A stretch of 64,000 nucleotides of DNA. Source: Octopus vulgaris (taxonomy: Eukaryota). Positions 1 to 13,992 of the stretch are shown here, in pieces (the stretch's first letter is position 1; each line of letters opens with the position of its first letter). The DNA is taken from positions 84,692,001-84,756,000 of the forward strand of contig OX597825.1 in assembly GCA_951406725.2 (NCBI GenBank), in the 5' to 3' direction. The position numbers were made by a program, and so were the translations under genes. Below the pieces are notes generated by a model. That model made no database searches, was not told where the DNA came from, and saw only the letters and a list, made by a program, of their open reading frames with translations.

Positions 1-237
1 TTGTGAACATCCTGTTGTCTCGTCATCGTTGCAACCTTGGCAAGAGACGAAGCAGTCAAAGATGATAAGGATAAGAGAAAGGGCGACGGGAAGGGATGAT
101 GGGGGTGGGGAACGGAGATTAAGGGAGAAGGTACCGGCTTTATCAGCACCAGCTTTATCAGCAATAACAGCAGCAGCACTAAGGCCACATGTGTCAGCAG
201 CGACAGCAACATGTGTAGGAAAATACTTTCGCTGGAT
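1..237 (-). other. Candidate host-gene exon, truncated by window edge
   Basis: Minus strand shows a pyrimidine tract plus acceptor (ttctcttcttcctcacag|ATCC, junction at 238/237) followed by non-repetitive, GC-richer sequence. Two of three frames are open to the edge (IQRKYFPTHVAV... and SSESIFLHMLLSLLTHVALVLLLLLL...). No recognisable homology. Confidence 0.3.
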
Positions 238-386
238 CTGTGAGGAAGAAGAGAATATAGTATATAAATAGACAGCGGTTTAATAGAATGATGGAACGGC
301 AGAATGACGGAATATGGAATGAGGAAATAATAAAGTAGGGCTTGTACAGAATATCTTGTATGTATGAAGGCGTGCGTAATTCTACT

Positions 387-596
387 GGCCTGTGGGTGTG
401 TGGTACGTAGCTTGCTTACCAACCACATGGCTTCGGGTTCGGTCCCACTACGTGGTAACTTGAGCCAGTGTCTTCTACAATAGCCTCGGGCCGACCAAAG
501 CCTTGTGAGTGGATATGGTAGAAGGAAACTGGAAGAAGCCCGTCGTATACATACACAAATACATATGTACTCAAACGTACATACATACACACAAAC

Positions 597-638
<42 letters not shown>

Positions 639-841
639 CTGTGTTTGTCCCTCCCCCAACATCACTTGACAACCGATGCTGGTGTGTTTACGCCCCTGTA
701 AATTAGTAGTTCGACAAGAGAGACCGATAGAATAGGTAATAGACTTACAAAGAATTAGTCATCCGGTCGATTTGTTCGAGTAAACGCGGTGCTCCAGCAT
801 GGCCGGAGTTAAACGACTGAAACAAAAAAGAAGAAAAAGAG
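387..841 (+). mobile_element. tRNA-derived SINE family A (CORE-like) with internal (TA)n(TG)n
   Basis: A/B-box-like head (gtgtggta...gggttcggtccc), body agcctcgggccgaccaaagccttgtgagtgga, internal microsatellite, tail gctccagcatggcc...gactgaaac. Matches copies at 11468, 31873, 38250, 51083, 56072 and 58877. Confidence 0.85.
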
Positions 842-868
842 TATATCTATATGTATATATATATATGG

Positions 869-913
<45 letters not shown>

Positions 914-983
914 TAGATATATATTTTCATTAAAGCTGTAAAATTATATAAATACATGTGTGCATGTGTGTTTCTCTGAATAA

Positions 984-1030
<47 letters not shown>

Positions 1031-1155
1031 TGCTCGAGTAGATATGTGTGTTGATGGATGTGTGTGTGGGTAGACATTTTTGTGCAGATATGTCTGTTGG
1101 TATTTGTGTCTGTTTATGCATGTGTGCTTACGTCAGAGCGTGTGAAATCGTGTGA

Positions 1156-1196
<41 letters not shown>

Positions 1197-1544
1197 CGTG
1201 AGTGGGAATATCACCAGCAGTGCGTGTGTGTGTGCGTGTGTGCAAGCTTTATTGTATGCGTGTGTGTTTGGTGCATGTTTTCAGCTGGTGCGTATGTGAA
1301 TGCGCGCATGAAATTATTTGTGTGTATGTTTTCCTCCAAGTTGGAACATTGTTGTGTGTGCGTGTGTGTGCGTATTTGTTACAATTTGCGCGTGTGTATA
1401 GTATATATATACATATTTCTTTACACATACGCACGCAAATAAACACACACACACAAGTACATGTATACGTGCGTAGAGAGTGAGAGGTAGTGATGCAGTT
1501 AAACACAATTAGGGTAAATGTGTATGCATGCATGTGTGTGGTGC

Positions 1545-1625
<81 letters not shown>

Positions 1626-1804
1626 GAGATTTACATATATATAGACGCACGTTTCCTATGTCAGTGCGTGAATGCGTGAGTCCTATGTGCGTGCACGCAC
1701 GTGTGTCTGTGTGTCCTGTGTGTCTGTGTGTCTGTGTGTGTGTGTAGCGTTTGTTTGGCAGAAAATACTTCACAAATGATAACTTCACCAATTGAGGGTT
1801 GCGG

Positions 1805-1866
1805 TGTGATGGTAGTGGTGATACTAATGGTATTAGAAGTAGTGTTGGTAGTAGCAATAGTAGTAA

Positions 1867-1925
<59 letters not shown>

Positions 1926-2430
1926 ACAGCAGCAGTAGTAGTAGTGGCAGCAGCAGTAGTAGTAGTAGTATTAATATTGGTAGTGATTGTAGTAGTAGTA
2001 GTAGCAGTAGTAGTAATAGAAGTAATAACAGCAGTAGTAGTAGCATTAATACTGGTAGTGGTAGTAGTAGTAGCAGCAGCAGCAGTAGTGGTAGTGGTGG
2101 TGGTGGTAGTGGCGGTGGTGTTACTAATTATATTGATGGTTGCAGTACTAATAGTAGTGTATTCAGTGGTAGTACACTACTATAGTACTGGTGATGGTGA
2201 GTGTAGTGGTATTGGTACCCACAGTAGTGGCAGGTGACGGTGTTAGTAGTGGTACGCTTATGAGTGTGGTCGGTGGTGTTGATGTTGTAGTTAGTTGTTA
2301 AGATGGCAGTGGTACTATGACTTATAAGTCACAGTACCGTCTGTGGTGGTTTCGGTGGTGGCAGGTCTAGAGTGCTTCGTAGTAACCGTGGTAGTGGTGG
2401 TGGTGGTGGCTTTGGTGGTTGTGGTGGCGG
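1805..2430. repeat. Degenerate (TAG)n/(TGG)n/(CAG)n trinucleotide low-complexity tract
   Basis: Direct inspection; purest (TAG)n core at about 1868-1924. Confidence 0.9.
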
Positions 2431-2737
2431 TGTAGTAGCATGCATGAATGAATCATGCAGTGTGCAGTTGCATGTTTAGGTGGTAGATACTGCAACAGCA
2501 GCAGAAAATGGCGGCTGGCACTTTGTCTATGCAGTGTAGGTAACTTTACCTGCACATACGCGCTTGCACACTGGCTCACACACAAACATACATACTCACA
2601 CACGCTCCAATACGTACGTGTCTATTTATCGAGCAAGCTAGCCATATATATATGCAAGTATGCATTAAATGTATAGCTATATTTGTATATATTTATATTT
2701 ATGTATATGTATATATTTATATATGTATATATACATA

Positions 2738-2792
<55 letters not shown>

Positions 2793-2804
2793 ATATATAT
2801 ATAC

Positions 2805-2846
<42 letters not shown>

Positions 2847-3634
2847 TTATATAAATATATTCATATATACATATTTATACATTTAGTCTTATATACATAT
2901 ATATTCACATGTGTGTATATATATGTGTATAAATATATATACACGTGTGTGTATACACACACAGACGCATACGCACACTCACGCACACATACACACACAC
3001 ATATATATATATATCTGTTATATATATATATGTGTGCATGCATACACACCTACATATAGCCACAAACACGCTCACACATTCGCTCAGGTAAAGTAAATCT
3101 GACAACAGGGCAAAACATTAATTGTAATTATATACCAAACTGCTCATTAACTATTGAATAATTATTACTAAATGCATATAATTTATGTATAGGTTGCAAG
3201 TAATGAGGTACACTAAGAGACAAAACAGATTAAAAAACAATAAAATGACTTGAAATTTAAAAAAAATTGTTGAAATTCTTTATCAAAGCTCCGCCCTCAA
3301 GCCTCCTACAAGAAAGCAATAACAACGGGTATGTATCTGCCCTCTCGTCTCTAATCCTTCTTTTATATTCCAGCCTGGTTCGCCAATATGTATTTCATAC
3401 AGGTTAGTTAATGTCAATTAAAGGAGTAATTTTCTGTCCTTGTCTGATTATAATGCGGCTATCATTAGTTTCTTTAATTCTTCATTGTAAGTATGTAGAC
3501 TTAAGGATTATCAGAGTAGTGGCCATATCTGTTTCTGACTAAAAGATGCAAACCTGTTCATTTCGCAATTCTTTGGTACTTTAAATCTTAGTGCGCCGAC
3601 AACTAGTGTGTCACAAATAGTGTGTAACTAATAG

Positions 3635-4020
3635 TTTCTTTTCTACTCTAAGCACAAAGACCCAAATTTTTGGGGAGGGAGCCTGTCGATTGGATCGACC
3701 CCAGTACGAAACTGGTACTTAATTTATCGACCCACCGAAAGGATGAAAGGCAAAGTCGTCCTAGGCAGAATTTGAACTCAGAACGTAAAGACAGACAAAA
3801 TACCTATTTCTTTACTACCTACAAGTGGCTAAACACAGAGAGAGGTCAAACAGGGACGATTATATCGACCCCAGTGCGTAACTGGTACTTAATTTATCGA
3901 CCCCGAAAGGATGAAAGGCAAATTCAACCTCGGCGGAATTTGAACTCAGAACGTAACAGCAGACGAAATATCACTAAGCATTTCGCCCAGCGTGCTAACG
4001 TCTCTGCCAGCTTGCCGCCT
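3635..4020 (-). mobile_element. Composite SINE: B2 (3805-4020) joined to 3' part of B1 (3635-3804)
   Basis: On the minus strand the B2 tail gtaaagaaata is followed directly by ggtattttgtc and a second Nin-like core (gcctttcatcctttcgg..ggtcgataaattaagtaccag) ending in the B1 tail. Confidence 0.85.
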
Positions 4021-4289
4021 TGTGTCTCACTTATAGTGTCACACTAATATATCGACAAATAGTGCCTCACCTGTACCTGGGTTCGTCGCAACCCAACAAC
4101 GAATACCTCGATTCGATATCCTTTTCGTTGAGCCTTCTCGACAGTCAAAACCCATGTATGAGATTGACCTTGTTATATCGAGCTGCTGTTACCAAATTTA
4201 GATACACCTGCTGCCTTGTGATCATAGTACAGGATAACACATGATGTTTGCATCTCTGCACGGCTCTGAATGATGCTGATTTCAAATTT

Positions 4290-4492
4290 TGGCAGGAAGC
4301 CAGAAATTTTGTGGGAGTTGATATATCGATTACATCGATGTTAATGCTCAACAGGTACTCATTTTATCGACACCTAAATGATGAGAGACAAAAATCAACC
4401 CGAGTTGAATTTGAACTCAGATCGTATAGATGTCCGTAATGATGCTAAGCATTTTGTCAGGAATGCTAAGGATTTTGCTATTTCACCGCCTT
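4290..4492 (-). mobile_element. Degraded SINE B1
   Basis: Diverged match to family B (atttgaactcag, ctaagcattt, ccgcctt). Confidence 0.7.
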
Positions 4493-4770
4493 AACTGCAT
4501 TAAATGAGGCTTGACACTGCCATACCCCTGTCCAATTGGGGTCCCTTAGCCTCACCTGCTGCTCTGGTAGGCTTTCAGGGAGGATAACCCTTCATTTTCG
4601 CTCAGCTAGGACGGCACATATTGTGACATCTCTGGTGCCACAACTTGCTCGTTTCTAAATCCAAAGCAAAGGAACAGAACATGATTAAATAACTGTCAGC
4701 AAGGGACAGATTCCTTATCAGACCACACTTTCTTGATACCTTTTGCAACATGACACCTAGAACTGCTGCT

Positions 4771-5094
4771 GTTGAGCGAAGCGGTCTTCGTCCCAGAGCT
4801 CACAAGATCGCGCCTCTGTAGTGGGAGAAGTCCGAAACGTGGTCCTTTGCTATTCGTAAGACCTGCAGAAGAGAAAGCAGGTCAACCCCCGATACCGAGA
4901 GCATCGACTGATGGATGAATGCGCATCCAGGCTCAGCGGTTGCGTAGGAAGCCGGGGACAAGAAACAGGAAGAAAGAGTGAGAGAAAGTTGGAGCGAAAG
5001 AGTACAACAGGGGTCGCCACAACCCCCTGCCGGAGGCTCGTGGAGCTTTTAGGTGTTTTCGCTCAATAAACACACACAACGCCCAGTCTGGGAA
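4771..5094 (-). mobile_element. SINE D2, 5'-truncated
   Basis: Closely similar to 16619-17014; 13-bp TSD tagaactgctgct at 4758-4770 and 5095-5107. Confidence 0.85.
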
Positions 5095-5432
5095 TAGAAC
5101 TGCTGCTCTTCTCCTCCAGATTACATCTGAAGGTGTTCCAATGGCAGGAAGAGCTCAGCGAGGTAGGGAGCTTGACCCAGGTGATATCCTGGTGGTTCTT
5201 CACATCGGTGTTTTTACCATTCTTTTCGCTTGACGTAAGAGAGACATGTTATTCAACAAGGGTATTTTTGTATTTGTTTCTTTCAATAATGTCCCAGTCA
5301 GAGTAAACAGGAAGAGAATTCTGAGAGGAAAGAATTCCTGAGAAATTCCCAAAATGTTCACGTACGCTGGCAAATGGTCAATATCGGATTATTAATTGCA
5401 GCCTGTCTATACACGTTCAAGCACACACACAG

Positions 5433-5493
<61 letters not shown>

Positions 5494-5586
5494 TACACAT
5501 TCACAGGAAAAGAGAGAAAGAGAGAAATATATACCCACAAACTAAGAAACATATTTCGACACACACAAGCATAAAAATGTACACAC

Positions 5587-5639
<53 letters not shown>

Positions 5640-5807
5640 GTATATGTATATGTATATATATATGTATATATATATATATATATTAATATTGTACCTTGTC
5701 TGATTTTCACGTTTTATTTACAATCTTATAATGATATATTATAAGATAATATATTATAATTGAATAAAATAAAATGAAATAGTAGAATGTTAAATATTCA
5801 TTCTGAT

Positions 5808-5852
5808 TGAACTAGTACTTTCATGCATTGAATTCTGCAATCTTCGGGTTCA
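5808..5852 (-). ncRNA. Minimal type I hammerhead-like motif (variant core) in a probable Penelope pLTR remnant (about 5684-6290)
   Basis: Minus strand reads TGAAC-CCGAAGA-t-TGCA-gaattcaa-TGCA-t-GAAA-GTAC-TA-GTTCA: 5-bp stem I, 4-bp stem II, palindromic stem III (AGTACT). Confidence 0.6.
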
Positions 5853-6418
5853 TGTAGTAGTGTTGACAGTCATGCTTCACAATTTTTGACTGTAGCAAGA
5901 TGAGTGATTCTGTGCTATAAATACAGCTGGGTAGGCTCCAGAGTGCTAGGTTTTGCAACTGTATTCTGACCAATCATAGTATCACATACTTAACTGATTG
6001 GTTGGTTGAGCTGATTGGTTTAGGCATATGTACAGGTCAAGATATGACCCTACACAATTGTTGGGTTATTTTTAGAAATGTTGTAAATATCCTTTGTCAG
6101 AGATTTTTATATTTTTATACAATTGTCATATATATTGTCAGCACCTTAATTATTGTTGCTATGGTATATATAACCCTAAATATAAATGTATATGTGTCAT
6201 GGTCGTGCAGTGGAAGTAATACCTCTGTATTATTATTATTGCTTATTTAGCTTGGTTCGTAATAAAATTCTTTTCTCTGATTTTCCTCTCTCATATATAT
6301 ACATACACATGCATATGTACATATATGTACACACACACATATATATGAACATGTATATATCATATAAATGTATATGTGACTGAGTATGAATTCGTAAATC
6401 TCTCTTTTTCTCTCTTTC

Positions 6419-6469
<51 letters not shown>

Positions 6470-7520
6470 GTGTGTATGTGTGTGTGCGTTCGTGTGTGTG
6501 TGCGAGTGTGTGTGTGTGGATTCATATATATGTATGCACGCGTGTGCACGTACGTACGTATAAATACATGGATAAATATAAGCAGAGACCAGTGGAGCTT
6601 TTTATTGGATTTATTCTCTATACACCTGACGACTATATTTAATTCGTCACCGTTCACATCCACGCTAGACACATTGTCAGCCGTATAAACCGCCTACCAC
6701 CATTTTATTGCTAAATAAATTATGTTCTAAAATCGGAAATACATCGCTCTGTTGATTTTACACTTCTTAAACTTTACCATTTCTGAGTTCCTTTCTAAGA
6801 ATCTCTCAGATTGACTTCTCTTGCACTTTGTCTAATTTCGCGTAATTCAATTACTACCTTACCAAAGTTTCCGATACTTTTTACGACATTCTGTGTTATA
6901 TATTTGATAGAATATTGTTTTATTTTGGTCCTTCCCACTTCTATCACTTTCATATACTTGTTATTTTATGTAAATTTAGCAACCTCTGTTGGTTGTTTTA
7001 AAGATGACATAGTAACCTCCATCTTCAAGTGGAAGACGTTTTGTTAATAATAACATCTTGAACCGGATTTAGTTTCGAATTATAAGCCTTCTCTTCTAAG
7101 CCTATAAAAGTTCGTATTTGAATTCAGCTGGGTATTTCGTTCACATCCAGAAATGAAACACCTGCTGACGACGGCAGATCTCACCGATCGAAATAATATG
7201 TAGATATAAAGATTGAAGTAGGTTTTCTCTTTAAAGGTATCAAATAATTAGGATTATTAAAATTCATCTTCGAAACTTACAGGGAGTGAGAGAGACGGGT
7301 GTAGTTTAATCATGAGACTATGTACAAAGCTATGCATGTTTATGAATCGACTCATAGGAGAGGAAGAGAGAAGGAGAGAGAGAAAGAGAAAAAGAGAAAA
7401 AGAGAGAGAAAGAGAACATGAAAGTGATGGAGAGAAAATCTTATGTTTTCACTTCACGTGTATTTATACTTACAAAGTTAGAAAGGGGTAGAGAGAATGA
7501 TATAGAGAAAGAGAGAAAGC

Positions 7521-7569
<49 letters not shown>

Positions 7570-9249
7570 GAAGGAAGGAGACAGAGAAAGAAAAATAGAG
7601 ATCTGTTGTTTAACACTGCGTCTATTTACACATCAACCTAAGTGTATGTCTATGAATCTTGTCCCAATTTATTTAAACAGTGCTTAAATAATTTGAAATC
7701 CGAAATTATTGATTTGAAAAACTGCCGACGATGCGGCAGAGAACTAAGTGGTTCACATAATTTTGCTGAAAATGTATATTTCGTTGTTTAACCTAAGGTG
7801 GGTCCAGTGAACCAAACATTGGAACCGTGACCGAAAACAGTATTGAAGAATTATCATCTTGCCGCTAGATTTTCGTTCTGTCCATTGGCAGAACAATAAC
7901 GAGAATCAAAGGAGAACTGTTTCATTGTTCAATCTTCAATGGAATCTTTTTGAGAAGTATGGTAGCAAAGCTGACATATTTTGTGTATTGAGGTGATGTG
8001 TTATGGAAGAGTTTATTTAGAAATGGTAAGGAATCCCAGCGGAGCAGTGCGAGAGAAACGGCCTGAAGTATGGACAAACAAATAAAAGAAAAAGAAAAGC
8101 TGTACCACGAGATCTCTCTTGCACCTGAGTCATGTCTTACCTGTAAGGGTTCCAAAAGTACCAATTATTGTTCCCAATCTACCCAACTCTGCTCTCTGCA
8201 TGAGGTAGAGTTCTTTTGTTATGGTTGTTTTGTTGGAACCCACCCTAAAAGGTCACTGACCTCAGACGATAGAACGCATCGAAGACAAATGCTTGCGAGA
8301 AATGTCACTTCTCTTACATAAAAGAAGAAGAAAAAACCTCTTTCGAAGAGACGTTACAAAGCTGGGAAAAATTTCTTGTGAACAGTAAATTTTCAGTAAA
8401 TTTTCACAAATTGAAAGAGACAAGAAGGAAAGTAATAAATTTGTTTTGAAAATGTTCAGTGCAATATGAGAAAAGATTAAAAATCTAATAAACCAGAAGC
8501 TAATTCTATAAGCTAAATGAAGTTTCGATAACTATAGGAAATAAAAGAAAAACCAACCGATGAAATGCAGTAGACCAGAGACCAAGGCTCAAGGATATAG
8601 GTCAGCAGAGAAGAGATTCGTTGTAGGTTGTAGGGTATGGATTAGGTGCGACTGAGAAGAACGTTAGTAGCACTTTATCAGTAGAATGATTTAGCACAAA
8701 CCAAAGACCGGTTTTCGTCTGCAATTAAACTGTAGCGACAAGTTAGAGAAGAATACATTGCACATGGCAACATCCTGTGAATCGGGTTTGCGCTACATCG
8801 AGCTTACCATTTTGTTCTATCTGTCTGTCTAGCTCTCTATTTGTCTGGCTGTCTATCTATGCTTGTTTCTTTCTTTATTTCAATCATTCTTTATTTCTGT
8901 CATTCTTTTTAAACATTGTCCAATTCTCCAATTTAATCTTGGGTGAAGAAAAGGAAAGGTTAGTAAAACCATGCAACAAATGTGCGAGCTTAGTCACACG
9001 CGCGCGCACAAAAACATGCACATACAAACACATACACGCGCACACGCATATGTGTCTGTGTGTGTGTGTATGTGTGTGTATGTGTGTGTGTGTGTGTGTG
9101 TGTGCGTTGGATAAATTGTATGCCGCGTGAGTTATTATATGAGAAAAAAGTTATTGCCTTCAGCGCTTATCTATTTCCTGTTTCTAAAGAAATGCTCCAA
9201 AGCAACCACTATGTCGTCTTCCACTTCTCATAGCGCAACATAATCAACT

Positions 9250-9289
<40 letters not shown>

Positions 9290-9710
9290 GGGGGGAGTGA
9301 AGGGGAAAGAGGAGAGAGAGAGAGGTGACAGAGAAGAGAGAGGTTGACGTCGTTCATCATTCGACCTTTAAAGATCAAATTCTCGTTTGTGCTCGGTTGA
9401 TTTGAAACTCACGTTCAGTTCCAACAATTTGCTCTTAATGAAATTGTCAAACGTTTATGGGTTGCCTCTTTACCACTGCATCTGCAGCTGGTAAATTTAA
9501 ACTGTAAAGATGGCAAAAGACTGTTTCTTATCGAAATATTCCCGTTTCCAAGCGCTAATTCTCTCGTCTAGGAAGCTTTCTGCCCCGATGTTTTCTCCGG
9601 CGGTGCAACCAGCAACGATCGGTGCTAGGTCCGTCCTACATCACCTGACAGCCGAAAAATTGCAAAAAAAGAATAAAGCACCGACTGTTTTATTACGGTA
9701 GGTTTGTTTC

Positions 9711-9891
9711 CATTCCTACGACTGGGGAAATTCCATGTGTCCTTCGGCCCCCCACCCGACGCCGACCCACAAACCTACTCAATGCGGTTTGTCTTGAGAT
9801 TGCTCTTCATAGGAATGCGTGCCATGCTGTGGATTGCCAATCTTAAACGCAACTTTCCCATCATTCCTCTGGGCATTGCATTCCGCATTCC
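9711..9891. promoter_or_regulatory. Candidate enhancer: five TEAD/Scalloped (MCAT) cores and one kappaB-type site
   Basis: CATTCC at 9711, 9862, 9879 and 9886; GGAATG at 9812; GGGAAATTCC at 9725-9734. All lie in unique, non-repetitive sequence. Confidence 0.45.
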
Positions 9892-10286
9892 TTTCTCCGT
9901 AGACAATGAATCATTTACATGCCGAGAGGTAATATAGATTCTCAGGAAATTTCAAATGTATTTCTTCAATTCTATCTGCAGTACAGTATTTAGATTCAGA
10001 GAAGTGGCAGCAATAATAAAAAAAAAAAGCAAAATTACGAGTAGAATGTGGTAGACAAGGAGAAAAATAGGATAAGTTTCATTGTGCAATGCGGATTAAT
10101 TTAAAAATAACGAGTTAAAGGCATCGAATTTCTGGGGGAGGATACGAAAAAGAGAAATAATTCAAGAAAGACAGAAAAGGAAATCGTTCGATTGAGAAAA
10201 TAAGAGACATGAAGAAAAAAGAGAAAAAGTTATATTGGACATAGGTGTGTGCGTGCGCATCTGTATAGATACTTGTGTGAATGTGT

Positions 10287-10399
<113 letters not shown>

Positions 10400-10425
10400 A
10401 ACATATATATATATATACACACACA

Positions 10426-10466
<41 letters not shown>

Positions 10467-11261
10467 GTATTTATATAGCGAGATAGATTTATGTCTCTCT
10501 CCTTATATAGATTTGTATATGTATTATATATTATATATATAGATACATACATACGTATATACATTATATACATACATATATATATATATACAAATATATA
10601 TATATATATACACACACAAATATATATATTTGTGTGTTCGTTTGTCGGTGATCGTCTGTGTGTGTTTGACTGTACGTGTGTGTGTGTGTGTGTGTAAAGA
10701 AAGAGAATTCAGTTTGACGCTCAGCAGTTCTGAAACGAATGATAGCTTGCATACCTGCCTATGGTTATACATACACATATAATCATAGAAACAAAAAAAA
10801 AGAGCAAAAGAAAAGAAAACAAGAAACAAAACACAGACATATAACTACATAGATATATATGCATATAAACATATAAGAATAGCGACAGACAAGAAAGCTG
10901 AAGTAACCGCACAGGGAATGTCTCGTACCATTACAGCGCCAAAGTTAAGGGTAACACGTATGAACAGATTGATACAGATTTATTTGTCAATCAAAATAAT
11001 CTTATATTTCATTTCTTAAATCCATTTTTTAATCTATGCTGGGATCCATGTGATAGCATGTTTGGTCACGTGTTACTCCATGGTGATAACTTCTCTATTG
11101 AAGCTGGGAGATATTATTTCAGTTTAGAGAAGTTACGGAGCATGATGTCGATATGAAATCAATTTTGACTGCCCTCAGAAAATGGTGCGATGACGTCGTC
11201 GCAACGTTGAGGTAGTGATTATATACATACATGTATATATATACATACATACATACATACA

Positions 11262-11307
<46 letters not shown>

Positions 11308-11467
11308 AACAAATTAACCAATAAAAAATGGACGAAGACATACAAATTGATTTTTATATTTAATAGTTTTTGGGTTGAAATTTAAATTAAAATATGTTTA
11401 TATAATATGGTAAACAAGTTCATTGCAATAAAAAATGAGACGGCATTTCTGAAGAAAGACATACATA

Positions 11468-11623
11468 GGTGCAGGCGTGGCCGTGTGGTTAGAATCTTGC
11501 TTCCCAACCACATGGTTCCGGGTTCAGTCCCACTGTGTGTCATCTTGAGCGAGTGTCTTCTACTGTAGCCTCAAACCGACCAGTGAGTGGATTTGGTAGA
11601 CGGAAACTGAAAGAAGCCCGCCG

Positions 11624-11625
<2 letters not shown>
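11468..11625 (+). mobile_element. SINE family A, 5' half
   Basis: ggtgcaggcgtggccgtgtggtt...ccgggttcagtcccactg...gaaagaagcccg. Confidence 0.85.
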
Positions 11626-11674
<49 letters not shown>

Positions 11675-11679
<5 letters not shown>

Positions 11680-11800
11680 AATTAGAAAAAAAATATCAAT
11701 TCAACAATGAAATAATTAAATTATTTTAATATTTTTCTATATGGTATAATTTAATTATTTCCTGGTTGAATTGATAAAAGGTGTTTTTTTTCTAATTTAT
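11675..11800. repeat. Short imperfect palindrome/foldback
   Basis: tataaattagaaaaaaaa..tatcaattcaac..gaaataattaaattat is mirrored by ataatttaattatttc..gttgaattgata..ttttttttctaatttata. Confidence 0.75.
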
Positions 11801-11814
11801 ATACATATATATGT

Positions 11815-12270
11815 GAGGAAATCGTCGAATACCCATCCGTGAATTATCAGAGGATGTACGGATTAATTATGGTTCAATTCAGTCCATTGTCAGTGTAGAT
11901 TTTGGTATGAGATCTGTGCCTGTCAACTTAGCGCCAAAACTGCTTTCAGTTGACCAAAAAGACACTTGGGTTTCAGTTGCACAAGATCTCCTTGATTGTG
12001 TTGAGAACCTTTTGAAGACTTTGCGTGGGCCCCTGAATTAGGATTATCAGGTTTTTGGCAAAATTTGATGCGGATTCTCCGCTCAACTTTTCCTGTCATG
12101 GTCAATGCGACAGTCACCCGCTAGACATTTTCAAGTACTACAGTAAACAGCGGAGGTGAGCTAAGACGTTAAAAATTAGTGCGCATGCAAACTGCGTCAA
12201 GCAGCGTTAGTCTGCGTTCTATAGATTGGATACTACGGCAACAGTCCGGATACTTATTAACCAGACCATA
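11815..12270. mobile_element. Rearranged mariner remnant (MITE-like)
   Basis: Plus strand encodes INYGSIQSIVSVDFGMRSVPVNLAPKLLSVDQK..VSVAQDLLDCVEN (mariner WVPH-linker region). Minus strand encodes an N-terminus MTGKVERRIRIKFCQK. A TIR-like end (cagtccggatacttattaaccagacc) is followed by TA. Confidence 0.7.
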
Positions 12271-13435
12271 TATTGTCGAAGCGGACACAATACTGAAAAT
12301 ATGGACTATATATATATAAACATGCAGGTTGTTTACTGTATGATAATAAAATTCTTCCTGTCAGAGACGTGAAATGAAATGGTTTTTCAAGCATGCCATT
12401 CGAAGTAGATACAGCTATAAATAGTACCGCATAAAAACCGGAGAGAAAGAGCCGAAGGCTGTCCTCAGGTCACGAAACCACATCTTTTAAAAAACATGAC
12501 AAACGTCGCACCACTATACCAAATCAATCCTTCAAGTTCATCGATTTCATATGTGAAGATTGTATATATTATTAATATCCTCAGAATTTTAAAGCGAATT
12601 TTTGTTGAGGGGACGTCCCCAATTAAAATATTATCAACAATTGGAGATTTATTCTATTATAAAATTGTTTGACAGTCATTTTTGCTTAGGGACGAAATTT
12701 CTCTATCATCATATTTTCGGGTATATCATTTATTGGTGACTTCGGTACATTAATTGCTAATTACGCGCGGCAATATTCACACGGGTAAGGGAACAAAATC
12801 TGATAGATTATTTCTGCTCGATAAACTTCTAAACCATCAATTTTATTACATTTGCCTGGAATTGTATTTTTCTTGAAAAAGTCTAAATTTACCAAATTAT
12901 TCAATTTATTATAAGATGTTTTCTCTTTTCAGAGATATTTTCACTTTGTAAGGTAAATATTTGGCAACGAATCACAAATGTAAAATTAATTATTAAACTC
13001 ATTAATGTAATTGGTTTTCTATATTATCTCCTCTAGAGTCTATTCAACTGCACTATTTCACTTTTAGCATTGAACTGTGGTTGCTTTATCTGCTAATGTA
13101 CATGGATAACTGCTCCACATAAACACACCGGCGTACATATTCCGCCTTACATACAGGAAATACACACACACATGCGCACAGGCGGATACAAACATACAGA
13201 TACATAAATACACTCACACACGTACACACATATATATACGTATATAATTTTCCTAATGTACTTCCGTTAACCTGGTACTCATTGAAACTTACAATATTCA
13301 TTAATAAATGCATATATATATACATATATAAACACACACACATATATATACAACTATATTTATATAATACGATACATAATTTATTTTTATATTTTATACA
13401 AATATAATGCGCGCACACACACACATATATATCTG

Positions 13436-13475
<40 letters not shown>

Positions 13476-13533
13476 ATATAATATATACATTCATACCTAT
13501 ATTGTTTCTATATATACACACATACACAAACAG

Positions 13534-13606
<73 letters not shown>

Positions 13607-13866
13607 CCTACGTCAGGTGTATGCGTGTGCACGAAGCAGAGGGTGTTTGCATAATGTGTCAACGTTTGAAAACATTATATAACATTATGTGGAATAATAC
13701 GTCGATTATATTTGAAAATGTCAATAAATTTGTATTTCTAAAGACTTCCCTATTTCGATCTGCACCACGGTCGATACATATATACACACACACACTCACA
13801 TACGTCATGCATTTAAACTGACATACACATACATATACGCACATCTATCAATCAATCAATCAATCA

Positions 13867-13940
<74 letters not shown>

Positions 13941-13953
13941 ATATCTCTCTCTA

Positions 13954-13992
<39 letters not shown>

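Noticed and set aside
1750-2550. Mucin-like Thr-rich reading on the minus strand
   Set aside because: The Thr-rich register shifts frame near 2180, all three frames have stops around 2300-2340, and there are no convincing splice sites.
6619-7200. CTGACGA cores at about 6626 and 7165
   Set aside because: Stems and GAAA spacing are too eroded to call hammerheads; possibly ancient pLTR debris.
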